Shown here: in pieces, positions 33,451 to 46,265 of the stretch
Numbering within the stretch: position 1 is the stretch's first letter
Layout of the letters: each line of letters begins with the position of its first letter
Origin: Camelus dromedarius
Taxonomy: Eukaryota
NCBI RefSeq assembly: GCF_036321535.1
Contig: NC_087436.1
Span: 122,018,001-122,082,000 of the forward strand
Length of the DNA: 64,000 nt
Direction: 5' to 3'
Notes under the pieces: generated by a model
The model's input: only the letters and a program-made list of their open reading frames with translations
Databases searched by the model: none
Told to the model about the DNA's origin: nothing
Made by a program: the position numbers and the translations under genes

Positions 33451-35611
33451 CCACCCTCCCACCTCTGGGACTCCTATTCAGAGGTGGGATCCTGGCCTCC
33501 TGCATTCTGCTGGGATGGAGATCTTATAGGCACCTGGGAGGGACAGAGAGGGTCTCCTGAGCCGGGATGCACCTCCTAGCTGCTCCTCTGGGTGGAGCCT
33601 GGCTCCCCTGGTGTTTCAGGCCCCACGCAGCTGTCCTGGCCCCACTGGGCCTTACCCCATCCAGAGGATGAGGGGCCAGGGCAGAGCAGGGCCCAGAGGG
33701 TCCAGAACCTGGCTCGGCAGGGCAACTCCACACTGTGAGGCTCTGCGACCCCCTACGGAGAGGGAACGGGATGGGCTGTGCAGGGACCGGGATGAAGGGT
33801 GGCTGGTGGGACAGAAGGGCAGCATGTAGGGGAGACAGAGGCCCCCATGGTTGCCAGGGCTACAGGAACAGCTTCCGAGGGCCGTGGTTCAGCAGGAGGG
33901 GGCCAAGCCGGCCTGCCAGGGGTCCGGTCCTACAGGAAAGTGGGCAGAATGCCCTCCTCGAGGGACTGACATGGGGCAAACGGCAGTGCTGGGAACATGC
34001 TTAGCACAGCCCTGGCCAGGGGTTGCCTCCCTCCCCAGGCCACCGTGCTCCTGGGACCCAGGTGAGGAATCTTCCTATGAGGCTCCACAAGTGTCTGGAC
34101 CAGGAAGGAGCTTCGAGAGGGTTCTGGGCCCCTCTGCATCCCCGGCTGCCAGAGCAGTGCCCCTTCCTCTAGGAGTGGGTCCAGTCCAGCCTGTGAGGGG
34201 CAGGTCGGCAGGCTCTATCTACACTGGATAACTCTCACTAACCTGCACTTCCCTCACAAGTGAGCAGACCTGTAGACCTGAAGCATCAGGCTGCAGCTCA
34301 GGCCGGCAGGGAGCCTGATGGCTGTGCCCTCTCCTGGCCCTGGCCAGCCCTGGCACAGGTTCTGAGGCTCCTTGCCCAGCCCATGTGACCAGCAGGCCCT
34401 CGAGGCCCTGGAGCTTGGGTCTGGAGGCTCTCCCTGGCTGCACAGGTAGGCCTAGGAGCCTGCTGCCGTGGTGGGAGGAGGGGAAGCCATGGGCCCCACT
34501 TGGCTATGGTGGGACCACAAACCGTGGCAGGTGGCAGAGGCAGGCAAGATGGGCAGGCCCCAGGAGAAGGGACCAGAGACACCTACTCCCGAGTTCCTGG
34601 AGCAGGAGAGAGTGAGGGCAGGCAGGCAGAGGCCAGCAGAGGCTCCAGGAAGGAGTGAGAGGTAGGGGGCATGGGGCACAGGGCATGGTCTGGGGCCTGG
34701 ACCCTTTGCCCACACGTGGGGTGTCCTGGGGAGGCCTAGGAGCCCTGGCTGGGTCTGCGGGATTCCTGCCTGGACTGGGAGGGTGACCTGGAACTGGATG
34801 CTTGGCTGCACTGCCTCCTTGTCCACTCCCTGTCCTGCAGGGCGAATGCTGTGGTACTCAGACTCTGTGCTCCTGTCTGGGGGGCCAGGCAGGCAGGGCT
34901 TGGGTAGCAGATGGGGCCACTGCCCCAGAGAGGCCAGTCCTGCCAGACCATGGTCCTGAAAGGAAGCAGAAGGGTCAGCCTGGTCTCCCCACTGGCCCAG
35001 GAAGCACCCGTCTTCAGTGTCTCAGAGGCCCCTTGTGGGCTGATCCCTCATGTGCCAGGGCCACTCTTCCCGGGTGTCCCCATGGATATGGTGGTTTGTA
35101 AGCGTGAACCCGACAGGGTGGGGCTGGTGTTCTAGCTGGTGATGGTGGGACAGGATGCCTGTGTGCTGAAGTCCTGGCCTCTGTGCTTACCTCTCCTTGA
35201 CCTTCTGTGCCAGCCCAGGTGGCTTCCAGGACACCACTAGCCTCGGGGAGTAGGAAGCCAAGAAGGCAGGTGGCTCAGTGCCCAAGCAGCCCTGGGAGTA
35301 CAGGGTGGGTCAGCCCCTGGACTAGCTACTGCGGCTCCTTGGGCCTCACCCTCCCCTTCTGAGGGGGACCCAGACCCTCCTGCTGGCTGGGCACCTCTGT
35401 GTGTTCTGTCTTTGTCACTGGGTGTGAGGTTCCCCAGTCTTTGGTCAGCAGCTGCTCACCTGCCCCAGCCCTCCCTGGCCTGGACCATTCTGGGGCCCAG
35501 CCCCTCCCCTTAACTGTCTGCAGGTTCCCAGACCCCTGGGCAGGGCCATCATTCCTGTGCTCTGGTGGTAGGGTGGTGAAGTGAACTTTGTCTTTCTGTC
35601 TCTCTAAACAG

Positions 35612-35641
35612 GTCTTCACACAATGAACTAGAAAAGCACAG
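35612..35641 (+). CDS. MXD4: MXD4 exon 3, 30-nt micro-exon (basic region)
   Basis: tctttctgtctctctaaacAG|G TCT TCA CAC AAT GAA CTA GAA AAG CAC AG|GTAAGT = (R)SSHNELEKH(R). Confidence 0.97.
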
Positions 35642-38600
35642 GTAAGTGAGCTCCTGTCCCCCCACCTCCAGCTTCTAGCCGACTCCCTGCATCTGTGCCC
35701 GTGCGTGGCTCACCGCACTGCCGGGCTGTGCCCTCGTCTTGGGAATGATCAGTCTTGACGGAAGCGGCCGGGCTCTGCTCTCAGGCATTCCCACACCAGA
35801 AGGAAGAAGTGGGGGGTCCAAGCCCTGCTCTTGGGAACTCGGCCTAGAGCCCAGAGCAAGGTGGGGGTCAGGAACTTGGGGCAGGGTCCCTTGTGCTGTG
35901 CTTCGGTCATGGCTGGCTCCCTGGAAGAGAAGCTCCAGCTGTTTTGGGGTGTCTGAGCCCTTTTAGGAGCAGCTCCTTAGCTCTTAGGATCAGCGTCCCA
36001 CCAGGAAGTTTCGGCCCTCTTGGTCTGGGGCCCCCTGCACCCTGGGGCCTGCCTTCCCAGGAGTTCCCACTAGAGTCTTGCCTGCAGGCAGTGGGATGGG
36101 CAGCCAGTCCCAGGCCACCTGAGGCTGGTGGGAAGCTCTGGCCCGGGACAGGATCCAAGGGAGTCCACTTGGTGCCCACCCATGGGCCACGGGGCCAAGT
36201 CCACTGCGGTCCTCCTGTCAGGAGTCGGGGGCTTGCAGTGAGAGGCAGGAGGGGCAGCACTGTCATCCCAGGAGGCTCCTCTCCAGCCCCGGTCTGCCCC
36301 GGGACCCTGCGTCTTCCCCTGCCGGCCTCCCTCCCCGGGCTGGCCCTGGCTTGGCTGCTCTGGCTGCAGGCCTCCCTCTGCAGCGGGGGTGAGGCATGGG
36401 CAGGTCAGCCCCTGTGGACAGGCGTCCTCATGGCTGATCCCAGCGGGCCACCAGGAGCTGTGGGTGGGGACAGAAGCCCCAGAGGCAGGAGCCCTGATGC
36501 CGGGGGGCGGGGGGATGACTCCCTGCGGAATGCCAGGCAGTGGCCTTGTCCTGACCATTGCTCCCCTCTGTGGAATGGGCCAGCTCTTCACTCCTTTCTT
36601 AGGCTGGAGTGGGGTGGAGTTGGGGTCTGCATGCAAGATGAGCTCTCCTGACCTGACCTGGAGCTTGGCCGCTCTCTGTGTCCCCACCCCCTGCATCTAC
36701 GCCCACGGCAGCGCCAATTTCCGCTCCCCTGGGATTGGGGCCTCTGCTGGGCGGGCGCTGAGCAGGGACAGGACGCCGTGTTCCCTGGAGGAGCTGCACT
36801 TCCTGGACTACTCCTGTGCATTTGTGGGGTTCCTGAGAGACCATGGAGGTGGGGCAAGAGCATGGGCCCAGAGAGCCAGGCAGGCCCTGGGGTTGCTCCC
36901 AGGTCGGGGGAGACAGCCAGCCTTGAGTAGGACCGGCGCCCTGGGGGTGCTCTGGGGGAGGCTTCCCCGCGTGGTACCTGGGAGAACAGCCCCTCAGTGC
37001 AGCGGGGGATGATGGGGGAGGGTGGGTGGCAAGAGCATTGCAGCCTGCGGAGGAAGACAAAGGCTGGTCTTTGACCCCTGCAGCTGCCCCTTGACCCTGG
37101 CCTCCCAGAGCCTGTCCTGAGGCTGGGCCTTACGGGGCCCTTTTGAGATGCAGAGGTGGGGCAGGTGGGTAGCCTGGGGTATGTGTGCACTCTCCCCCAG
37201 CCCCATATGGGGGCTTCTGTTCCTGGGTGTGGACAGCCTTGAGAAGCACACAGTCCTGGAGCTTGGGACCCTGTTGGGGACCTCAGTCATGGCCGTACCT
37301 GTGGCTGCCTGATGCTGATGCCGGATGCTCCTGGCTGCTGGCCACAGGAAGGGCTGTGTGCTGTCCCAAGGAAGGAAGGAAGCTGGGTCACCTGGCTGGC
37401 CCCCCGGGAGGCAGGCCCTGGACACCGCCTTCCCTGGAGGCGTGCCTCATAGGGCCTGCGGGTCTTCCCTTCATCAGCGCTCTGAGCCGGTGGCCACCCC
37501 TAGGCCCACCCTGACCTCTCGTTCCCCTCCCTGTCCTCCCATGCAGACAGCAGCTCCAGCGGGTCTGCTTGGGCCGGCGCTCAGCTATGGACCCTGGGGG
37601 ACTTGGGGTCTTGAGGCCACGTGTTCCTTGGCAGGATGACCCCTTCTCAGCCCAGCTCCAAGCTTTAGCTTCTGAGTGTGGGTCTGGAGGGGCCCTCAGC
37701 TGAGCCCCTGCTCACCTCTTCCCAGCACAGGAATGGTCACCGAGGTCCTGAGTGGACCCTTCTGAGGAAGGCCTGCCTCGCAGGTACTCCTGCCTGCCTG
37801 ATGCAGCCACGCGAGGCCTTGTGAGCCTCCCAACAACTAGGAAATACAGGGGAGCTGCCTTGCTCCCCATCCCACCTGCTGAGGAACCACTGATTGAAGC
37901 GCGGCCTGGGGAGGTTCAGAGTGTGGCTCTGCCAGACCCTGCCTCTCCGGTGCTGTGGGATCTGGCCCGGGAGCACTGGGTCCTGTTCTCAGGAGCTGAG
38001 GGCTTTTGGTGAAAAGCTGGCTAGGGCCGGCGTCAAGGGCTGGGCTGTGGGCAGCCGCTGGAGGCAGGAGCTGCTATTAACACGATTGCAGTGATTCCCA
38101 TAGGCAGGTTCTGCCTTCTGAATCCACACAGGTTCCTTCAGGAAGCGTGGGTTTTCAAAGCTCCCAGGAATGCTGGGCGCAGCCATGGGGTGCTGGCGGA
38201 GAGCCTGGGGCACTGTAGCAGCTTCAGAGGAGGGCTTAGCGAGAGCCCAGTGTAGCTGCAGGTCCTTGGCACCCCATCCAGCTCTCGGGAGGTGTTGGGG
38301 ATGCCCACTCCCCACAGGGATGGGGCCCTGGGGCTCAGAAGGGCAGGGCTCCTCAGCTAGCCCTTGGCAGAGCGGGTTCCCAGCCCTGCAGTCCTGGCTG
38401 GGTGCTCTTCTGGGGGTTGGCTGGGCATGGCATCCAGTGTTGAACGTGGCACGGATGTAGTCTAGCGCCCTCTCTGCCTCTTGAGAAGCCTCTGCTTTTT
38501 TATTTCTGAAGCAGTCTGTTCATGTACGACGCTGATGCTCTGGACCTCCCTGTGCCCACCCCAGAGACAGTGTCTTAGGCAGCTGGGAGGCCAAGGCTGC

Positions 38601-38859
38601 GTCCTCCTCCTCCACATGGGTACCGAAGGGTAGGGGCAGGACCTTGCTACCTGCTGTTTACTAACTTGACCTTTCCCCTGACCCCACGTGAGTGCTGTCC
38701 ACCTGTGTCTGCGTTCTCCTCGCCCCTCATCCTGGTGTCCACACAGGACATGTGGCTGTACTGCAGGGTTCTTAGTGACGGCCCCCTGGGAAACACAGAC
38801 GGGGCTGCAGCCTGCTGGGTCTGGTGCTGGGGGTTAGGTTTATGGGACCAAAACCCTAG

Positions 38860-39660
38860 AAGCAGAATTGCTGGTCGAGGGTTTGAGTCGCCCTGGTGGC
38901 CCTTCAGAACTGCTGTCCCGAGTGCTCTCCCACAAAGGAAGCTGGAGCTGCCCCGCTGGCCAGCCCGATGGCTAGGCACACCTTTCCATTTCAGCCCAAA
39001 CTAGCATCTCCTTGGTGAGCTTCCCAGTTTCCTAGAGCACTGTGAGGTGCAGCCAATTTTGTGTTGGATTAGCTGTTTGTGTTCTGCAACTTGCCTGTTT
39101 GTGTCCTTTGCCCGTTTACACGTTAAAATGTTCCTCTTTTTGTTTTTGATGTATGAGCTCAAATGTCATAAGTACTAGTTATTTGTCTGTTACGTGTTTG
39201 CAGATATTTTCCTGCTGTTATTTGTCTTTTAGCTGTGTTTTTTCTTTCTTGTACAAATGTGTTTTTTTACTGTAAAAGTAACGTGGGGTTTTTTAGCATA
39301 GAAGATACCAAAAAAAAGACAAAGCCAAAGAAATAAACGTTGCTAATCACGTCACCTGGAGACACATGCTTCCTGCGCTTCATTGTGTCCTGCTGAGTCT
39401 CTCGTGTGTGTCTGCTGCTTGATTATTTGGAATTTCCTTGGGTCACTTGTCACATAGGTGGTTTTATATTTTTACATAGGTGGGCTGACTGTCTTCACTT
39501 ACGTTCATGACATGAAAATGTAGAACACACTAAAACGATGGTGCGGCTGTCCCCGGGCGGTGGAATTTGGGGGTACTTTTCGTTTGTTTTTTTTCCCGCT
39601 TGATTTGCATTTTCTAGTGTTCTGCAAAGATCGCATACTGCATATGTACCCAAATGGTAG
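38860..39660. mobile_element. Ancient LINE-1 remnants in MXD4 intron 3
   Basis: AT-rich island; ttgcctgtttgtgtcctttgccc..gtttgcagatattttcc (antisense L1) and an L1ME-like 3' tract near 39480-39630. Confidence 0.6.
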
Positions 39661-41392
39661 ATTGTGAGAACTGCCATTTGCTATAGACCCAGTGGGCCAG
39701 CACCTCCACTTGTGAACTTAGTGCAGGTGGCAGGTTGGAGGGCCGTCGGGAGGGGGTCTCTGATCAGCGAGCTGTCCTTGAGTACAGAGCGCTGTTTGCT
39801 GGTGCAGCTCCGGGCTGCCTGCCCCACAGTTCTTGCACCTTGGAGGTGAGGGGCTGAGGGTCTCGGATTCTGGGGGGCTGTGCGGATTCTGGCATGTCCC
39901 TTCCCCAGCCCTGTGTGTGTGTGGAGTTAGGGCTCCTCTCTGAAGGTTCTGTGGCTTTAAGACAGAGCCTGGAGCTGGCTCTGAACGCAGGTCCCCGGGG
40001 CCCAGGTCTGTGTGGCCTGGTGGCAGAGCACAGCCTGTTTCATGTCCTGGAAGTTCTTTCTAAGGCCTAACTGGAGTTCACCTGGAGAAGTCTAGGCCTC
40101 GGGTGCCATGGGCTGAGGTGCCAGGTGGGGAGGTACTTAGTTAGTGGGAGGGTGCCCTGTGGACGTGGGTGGCAGACTTTTGTCCACGGTCGCAGCATGG
40201 TCAGCCCTCCTCTTCTGGGGTGGGGCTGTTATCACTGCTCTGCAGATGGGCTCCTGCCCCACACCAGCTGTCCCCTCCTTCCCTGTGTTTCGGGGAACCC
40301 CTCTGTCCAAAGGAATTGCCCATCCATGCCCTCTTCCCTCCCAAAAGCTAGGGGATTCTGGATTTTCTGGGGCTTTGGAATGTATGGATGTAAAGGTCGA
40401 ACCACCAGGGTTGGCACCCGCTGGGGGAAGGAGCCTGTGCTGGCACTGGTGATGCAGGGCCATTGGACAGCGGGTTGTCAGAGCCTCAAAGAGAAGCCCC
40501 CTGCCCCATGTCCTTCGGGTTCCCCTCCCGGTTCCTCTCCTGAGAGCAGCCTGAGCAGAGCATCTCCGCTTGGAGACCACTTGGGCAGCCTGCAGGGGCC
40601 CCAGTGGGACACATGGATATGGCTGAGCCCCGGACCATCAGTGAGCTTTGGGGGTGAGCCTTAGCTGCACCCTCTGATCCCCGCCAGCCTTCCCCCCAGA
40701 TGAAAGGAGCCAGGGAAGGAGGGCAGATGCATGTCACGGCTCCTTGCCTGAGGCCCCTACTGTGAGCAAACGCCATTGAGTCTCCCGGTTCCGGTTTCAT
40801 GGGGAAACTGCACTCATCTGCAAGGACACAAGGACAAAAATCTAGAACAAAGCAGTTTCCCAAGGGATCCCAAACTCAGGTGGAGGGGCTTGTCTGTGGC
40901 CCTCCCTGGGTTGGATGGAGTTATGCTTCTGTGGTGACGAGAGTGACCTGCACTTAGCAAGGTGGGGGATGGAAATCTTGTCTGGGGCCCCCTGGATCTC
41001 CTGGAGAGCCTGACCAGCACGTGCGCCTCTCCTCCCGCCACGTTGCCCCCCCACTCCTGAACTTCACTGCAGAGGGTGGGGACAGTGGGGTGAGCTGGGG
41101 TTCTTAGGGCCTGGCTGTAGCACTCTGAGGCTCTTGGGGGCCTTGGTGGGCTGGCTGGTCACACAGGCTGGGCTTCCAGAGGGCTGTGGGTGCCAGGCTG
41201 CTCCAGGGGGCTGGGAGAGCTGCTAGCCAGTCTGGGAGGGGAGCCCCAGAGAGGACCCTCGGCAGGTCCGTGCAGGAGTCTGGCTGGTCACCTCCCACCC
41301 TCCCCCAGGCCTCTCTGGCTGCTCCACTGCAACGTCATTGCCCCCACAGGCTGAGCCGTCCTGCCTGACTGTTCTGCCTCTGTTTCTTTCAG

Positions 41393-41507
41393 ACGAGCCA
41401 AACTCAGGCTCTACCTGGAGCAGCTCAAGCAGTTGGTGCCCCTGGGCCCTGACAGCACCCGCCATACCACGCTGAGCCTCCTGAAACGTGCCAAGATGCA
41501 CATCAAG
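41393..41507 (+). CDS. MXD4: MXD4 exon 4 (helix-loop-helix)
   Basis: tgtttctttc[47 protein letters not shown]; donor GTGAGC; 115 nt. Confidence 0.98.
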
Positions 41508-42538
41508 GTGAGCCGTGTTGCGCCCCCGCCTCCACCCCAACACCTCGGCTGACCCCAGCCAGTTCCCGTGCACCCTGGGGGAGTGGCCAGAGGGCCTGCC
41601 TGTGGGGTGGGGAGCCGCCCAGCAGATGCACAGTGGGAGCCGGGGGTCTCCAGCGGTTGAGGGCACAGCAGCAGGAGTTGCTGAGGGTCAAGGTAGTGGC
41701 AGGCACAGGGTGGGTTTTGTGGGGTGGGAGTGGGAGGTGGTGGTGGGTTGCAGATTGCCCCTGCTGGGCCCCAGGCTGAAGGGGCAGCAGGTGGAGGGAA
41801 GAGTTGGGTGGGAGGGGAGGGAGGGGGTTCCTTTGATGCGGTTTTTGGGAGGCCAGTGGGAAGCAGGTGGCCCTGAGGTGGGGAGTTTCTAGGGGCAGAG
41901 TAGGAGTTGATCTCCAGGGGTGGCAGTGAGGTGTGGGCCGAGGGAGACGTTGCCTAGGCTGGGCCCCTGAGGCCTTGAGACTGAGATCTGCTGGTTTGGG
42001 GGTCTTGTGACGCTTGGGCCACGAGGGTGGGTCTCAGTCCTCCCCTCAGCCTGCAGAGGTTTGGGCTCCCCCAGGCAGGGTGGCAGGAGCTTTGATGGGG
42101 CACAGCGGGGGCCCGGGGGCCCTCACAGAGCAGGCATCATCTCAGTGCCCAGGAAGGCGTGGAGCAGGTGAGGGGGAGGGCGCGGCTCTGCAGCGCAGGC
42201 TGGGCAGCCAGATTGTGCAGGAAGAGCCACTGTGGGGAGGACTGTCGGGAGGGGATGTCAGCCCAGGGCTGGGCGGGCGGCACTGTTCCAGGGCTTCAGG
42301 CCCACGTGTGACTTGGCTTGGCCGAGCTGGCTAGTGGTTGTGGGCCTTGTGAAGCTGGTCAGCAGACACAGAGCACAGGGCTGGAAGGTGACACCTAGTA
42401 TGACCGCTTGGTAGAGGGGAGAAGGGGGTGCATTAGGCCGTGGTGGGGGATGGGGAACCTATTCTGGCCTCTGTGCCCTAGTGCGGGTCCTGGTGTGGGG
42501 AGGGTGCCCCACCCCCGTCATAGCTCCCCTGCCCCCAG

Positions 42539-42701
42539 AAACTGGAGGAGCAGGACCGCCGGGCACTGAGCATCAAGGAGCAGCTGCAGCGGGAGCACCG
42601 CTTCCTGAAGCGGCGCCTGGAGCAGCTGTCGGTGCAGAGCCTGGAGCGCGTGCGCACAGACAGCACAGGTTCTGCCGTCTCCACCGACGACTCAGAGCAA
42701 G
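42539..42701 (+). CDS. MXD4: MXD4 exon 5 (leucine zipper)
   Basis: cccctgcccccAG|AAA; KLEEQDRRALSIKEQLQREHRFLKRRLEQLSVQSLERVRTDSTGSAVSTDDSEQ; donor G|GTGGGG; 163 nt. Confidence 0.98.
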
Positions 42702-43021
42702 GTGGGGACGTGGGCACAGCCCTTACAGTCCTTTGGGTGCAGGCTTTGTGCAGCCCTTGGTGGGAAACTGGGCAGGGCGGCAGCCTGGGGCGGGGGTGGG
42801 GCGAAAGCAGTGGGCAGCTGGTGCCCGTGTTACGGCGCGTTCCCAGCACTTCGGAGTGCCCTGCGTGAGGTGGCAGAGTGGCGGGGATGAGGACTGGGAG
42901 GCACAGAGGCCCTGTGGCCTGCGCCCAGGAGGGCCAGAGCCGGGCTCGGGCTGGGCAGTGTGCTTCCGAAGCCCTGGCTGGCGCCCTCGCCATGTGTGAC
43001 CCCCTCCTCCGTTCTCCCCAG

Positions 43022-43179
43022 AAGTGGACGTAGAGGGCATGGAGTTTGGCCCCGGCGAGCTGGACAGCGTTGGCAGCGGCAGTGACGTGGATGACCACTG
43101 CAGCCTGCAGAGTGGCGGCGGCAGTGACGGCGGCTTCGGGCCCCCCTGCAGGCGGCCTGGCCACCCTGGCCTCTTGTAG
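43022..43179 (+). CDS. MXD4: MXD4 exon 6 CDS to stop
   Basis: gttctccccAG|AA GTG; (E)VDVEGMEFGPGELDSVGSGSDVDDHCSLQSGGGSDGGFGPPCRRPGHPGLL*, TAG 43177-43179. Exons total 630 nt = 209 aa + stop. Confidence 0.97.
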
Positions 43180-46100
43180 GCCCTGCCCTCTGCTCCTTGG
43201 CCCGTCTGCCCGCCTGGCCAAGTGTGTCTGCCCTCCAGTCCTTGAAAGCCTCTCCACGGGCCCACTGCTGTGCCATTCTGGAAGCTCCAGCTGCCACCCG
43301 GGCTGCCTGCCTCCGCCCACCTGCTGGTCAGGGCCTGCCGCGCCGCCCGCTCCTCCCGCCTGGGCAGGGACCCTCCAGGAGGCGGGCCGGCTGCCACGGC
43401 CCGGAGCCCAGCATACCGCCCACGGTCTGTTCTCAGATTCCTAATCATTCCAGAAGTATTAAATATCATTGCTGCAAACCTCGGCGGGCGCCGTGTGAGG
43501 GGCTTAATGACCACCACGGGGAGCTCAGACCCCCTCCCCGGATCCCAGGAGAAAGGAATGGACTGAGGAAAGAAGGAAGGCGTGGCTCTCCGTCCGTCCG
43601 TCTATCCATCTGTCGGTCCACGTAGGCTCCTGAGGCGTGGACAGAGGGATCCGTGAAGGGCGGGACTCGGGTGAGCAGCCTGGGGCAGGTGGGTGGAGGG
43701 GACCTTTGCACCCACAGGTGTCAGGAGCTGGGGCTGGGCTCCCAGGGGCTGCCAGGCCACCCCATTCCAAGCTGGGTGGCTTCTGCTCTGTTGTTAGATC
43801 CCGCAGATACACACACGCATGCGCCTAGGCACACACGCCTGCCCGCACACACATGCACACATGTAGACACGTGGTCACTGGACCCAGAGGTCCCGGGGGC
43901 TCAGAGAGCACATGTCCTTGGGGCCTTCAGGGGTCAGATGGGCAAATGCTGGCCCCTGGCCTGTGCCTGGATCCCCCTCCAACCCCTGGCTCACCTGCCC
44001 AGTCTGTACAGGGAGGGGGACTTCTCCTCCCAGCAGGGGCTGAGGAGTGCTGGGGGCAGGGGTTGAAACCACTGGGTCCTCAGAGGGCTCTCTCATCTCC
44101 CTTAAAAACAAAAAAACAAAACAAAACATTGTTGCACTGCCTAGCAGCCCAGAACAGGGCTCCCGGGAGAGAAGCTTTTCCCCAAAAAACAAGAGAGAGA
44201 TGTTTTCAAAAGAAGGAAGAGCTCTAGAGAGTCCCGGCCAAGTGCTGTCGGTGGTGCCGCCTGCTTCCTGTACAAGATTTTTCTACTCTATTTTCCTAGC
44301 CGTCCTTGCGTCCTTGTTTGCTGAGGGGTGGGAGCGACCCAGCGTCTCAGGGACTTGTCCGTCTGTCACCGTCGTCCAAGTGTGCCTTGTGTCCTGTGTG
44401 TGGCCCCACCCCGACCACCACCACCAGCATCTCCATGTGGCTCACGGGATGCCCCACCTGCCCCACAGGTGCCCTCCTGGGCTCCTCGCCGTGGGCAGCC
44501 CCTCCTGGCAGCCAGGGCTTCCTGGGAGTGAGACGGCCAGGCCAGGTCAGGTGGGGGCTGTGTGACAGCAGGGCTGCTTTCTGTCACCTGGCGGGAGGGG
44601 CCGTGCTCTTTGCCCCCCGCCCCCCACTGTGCTGCTTGGCCTCTGGTCAGTGGCCTGCTACCCAGAGAAATAAGTTCTTCCCTGTACCCAGCTCGAACCC
44701 TCCCTTCTCCTCTGGGGGCAAGGGCTCCAGATTTCAAACATTGGCAGCTGCTGAAGACAACCGCTCACCCCGGGTGGTCAGGCCTGGGCATTAGGAGGCT
44801 TCTCCTGGCCTTTTGTTCTCAAAATCCTTGTCCCCGGGGACCACAGAGCAATATTCGGGTGGCAGGGCTGTGGGGCTGACCCACAGCAGTGTCTGCTCCC
44901 CTCTCTGGTGCATTGTAACCAATTTCCAGATCGTGGGGGTTAAATTTTGTGTTTCTCTTTGGTCATGCAGATGGATACCCCAGGGTGGGTGGCCTGATGA
45001 GGCAGAAAGAGGTTCCTGGGGACAGCTCTGGCATAGGACCTGCCCTACCGGGGCCTGGGATGGCTGTGGAGAGCAGGCTTGTAGGGGGACAGTGCATGGA
45101 GTTGGGAGACCACCACATGTTGTGCTGGTGGTTGCAAGGAAAACTGTTCTGTCAGCATCTCCTTCCAGCTCCGATGGGGTCTGTAGTGCCCAGAAGGGGC
45201 CTCTCCCATCTGCCTGAGCATGCCCACCAAGTGTTTCTGGCAAGGACCCCAAAACCGTCTGGGCAGGGCAGGAACACCTGTGTGTAAGAGCCTGCTGTAG
45301 GAGACCCAGCTGTAGGCCTCTGGGATGGTCTGTGTCCTGGATTCTTAAAGCATCAGCTCTCTAACCACCCCACCCCTAACACCTGGGGGAGGTTCTGCTC
45401 CCACCTCTGGCCAGCAGAGTCCTGCCCAGGTGACCAGCTGTGTCCTTCAGTTGGCCTTCTGGCAGCTTAGCCCATGGCTTCTCACACCCCAGTTCCCATG
45501 TGGACCAGGGAGTTGGCCTCACTGGCCCTCCTCGAGGTGCTGGGGTCCCGCTAACACTCCCCACCACCAGCAGACACCAGCAAGGGTCTGGTGCTAGAGC
45601 TGCTCACACACTTGGCCCCTGCTGGTGGCCACAGGGACCCAGAGGATTGTTGTGGGGTCTGTGGAAAGCAAACGTGACCAGAATAGTGCCACTTGGGGTG
45701 CCTGCACCCTCTCTCTGTGTGCCCTCCCACACCCATGTGGGCCAGTGTGGCACTTGGCGGCTGAGATCCTGGAACCCCAGGCTCAGGTTGGGGCCCGCAT
45801 CCTCACTGTGAGGCGGCCCCCACCCTCAGTGCAGGCCCAGCTGGCTGGGGAGGTTGCCAGTGCAGATTAGGTCTCAGAAGCCCGGTGCCCAGGCCTGCTC
45901 TCCTGGGGCAGACAGAGCCATGCACCTATTTCTCTGAGGGCCCCACCATCCTGTCTGCCCCAGACAGTCCCCATCTGCTGGTTGAGGCAGCTTCCCCCAC
46001 CCCTGCCAGTCTCTCTCTGGGAGCTGACCTGGAGTCCCCTCCCCACCACTGGGCACACAGGACTCCAACCCCCTGGCCATGTTTAGGGCACTAGGGCAGG

Positions 46101-46265
46101 TTCTGTGCCAGAGTCTGGGGCGGCTGGGGGCCTGGTGCTGGCCAGGTGGGCACGTTACAAGATCCTCGCAGGAGAGAGATGGGCCACCCACCCGCCTGCT
46201 CGCCAGGAGGGACTGTGCTGTACCATTCTGTCTTTGTAACATAAATACAGATTTTTATACCTCAC
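43180..46265 (+). other. MXD4: MXD4 long 3' UTR
   Basis: Ends at an AT-rich patch tttgtaaCATAAATACAgatttttatac (variant hexamers CATAAA 46240, AATACA 46244) with upstream TGTA elements. The end position is inferred. Confidence 0.65.
43548..43621 (+). ncRNA. Sequence homologous to the human MIR4800 hairpin (function doubtful)
   Basis: GGAGAAAGGAATGGACTGAGGAAAGAAGGAAGG..CCGTCCGTCCGTCTATCCATCTGTCGGTCC resembles the recalled human pre-miR-4800, which lies in the MXD4 3' UTR. TGGACTGA can pair with TCGGTCCA. Confidence 0.4.
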
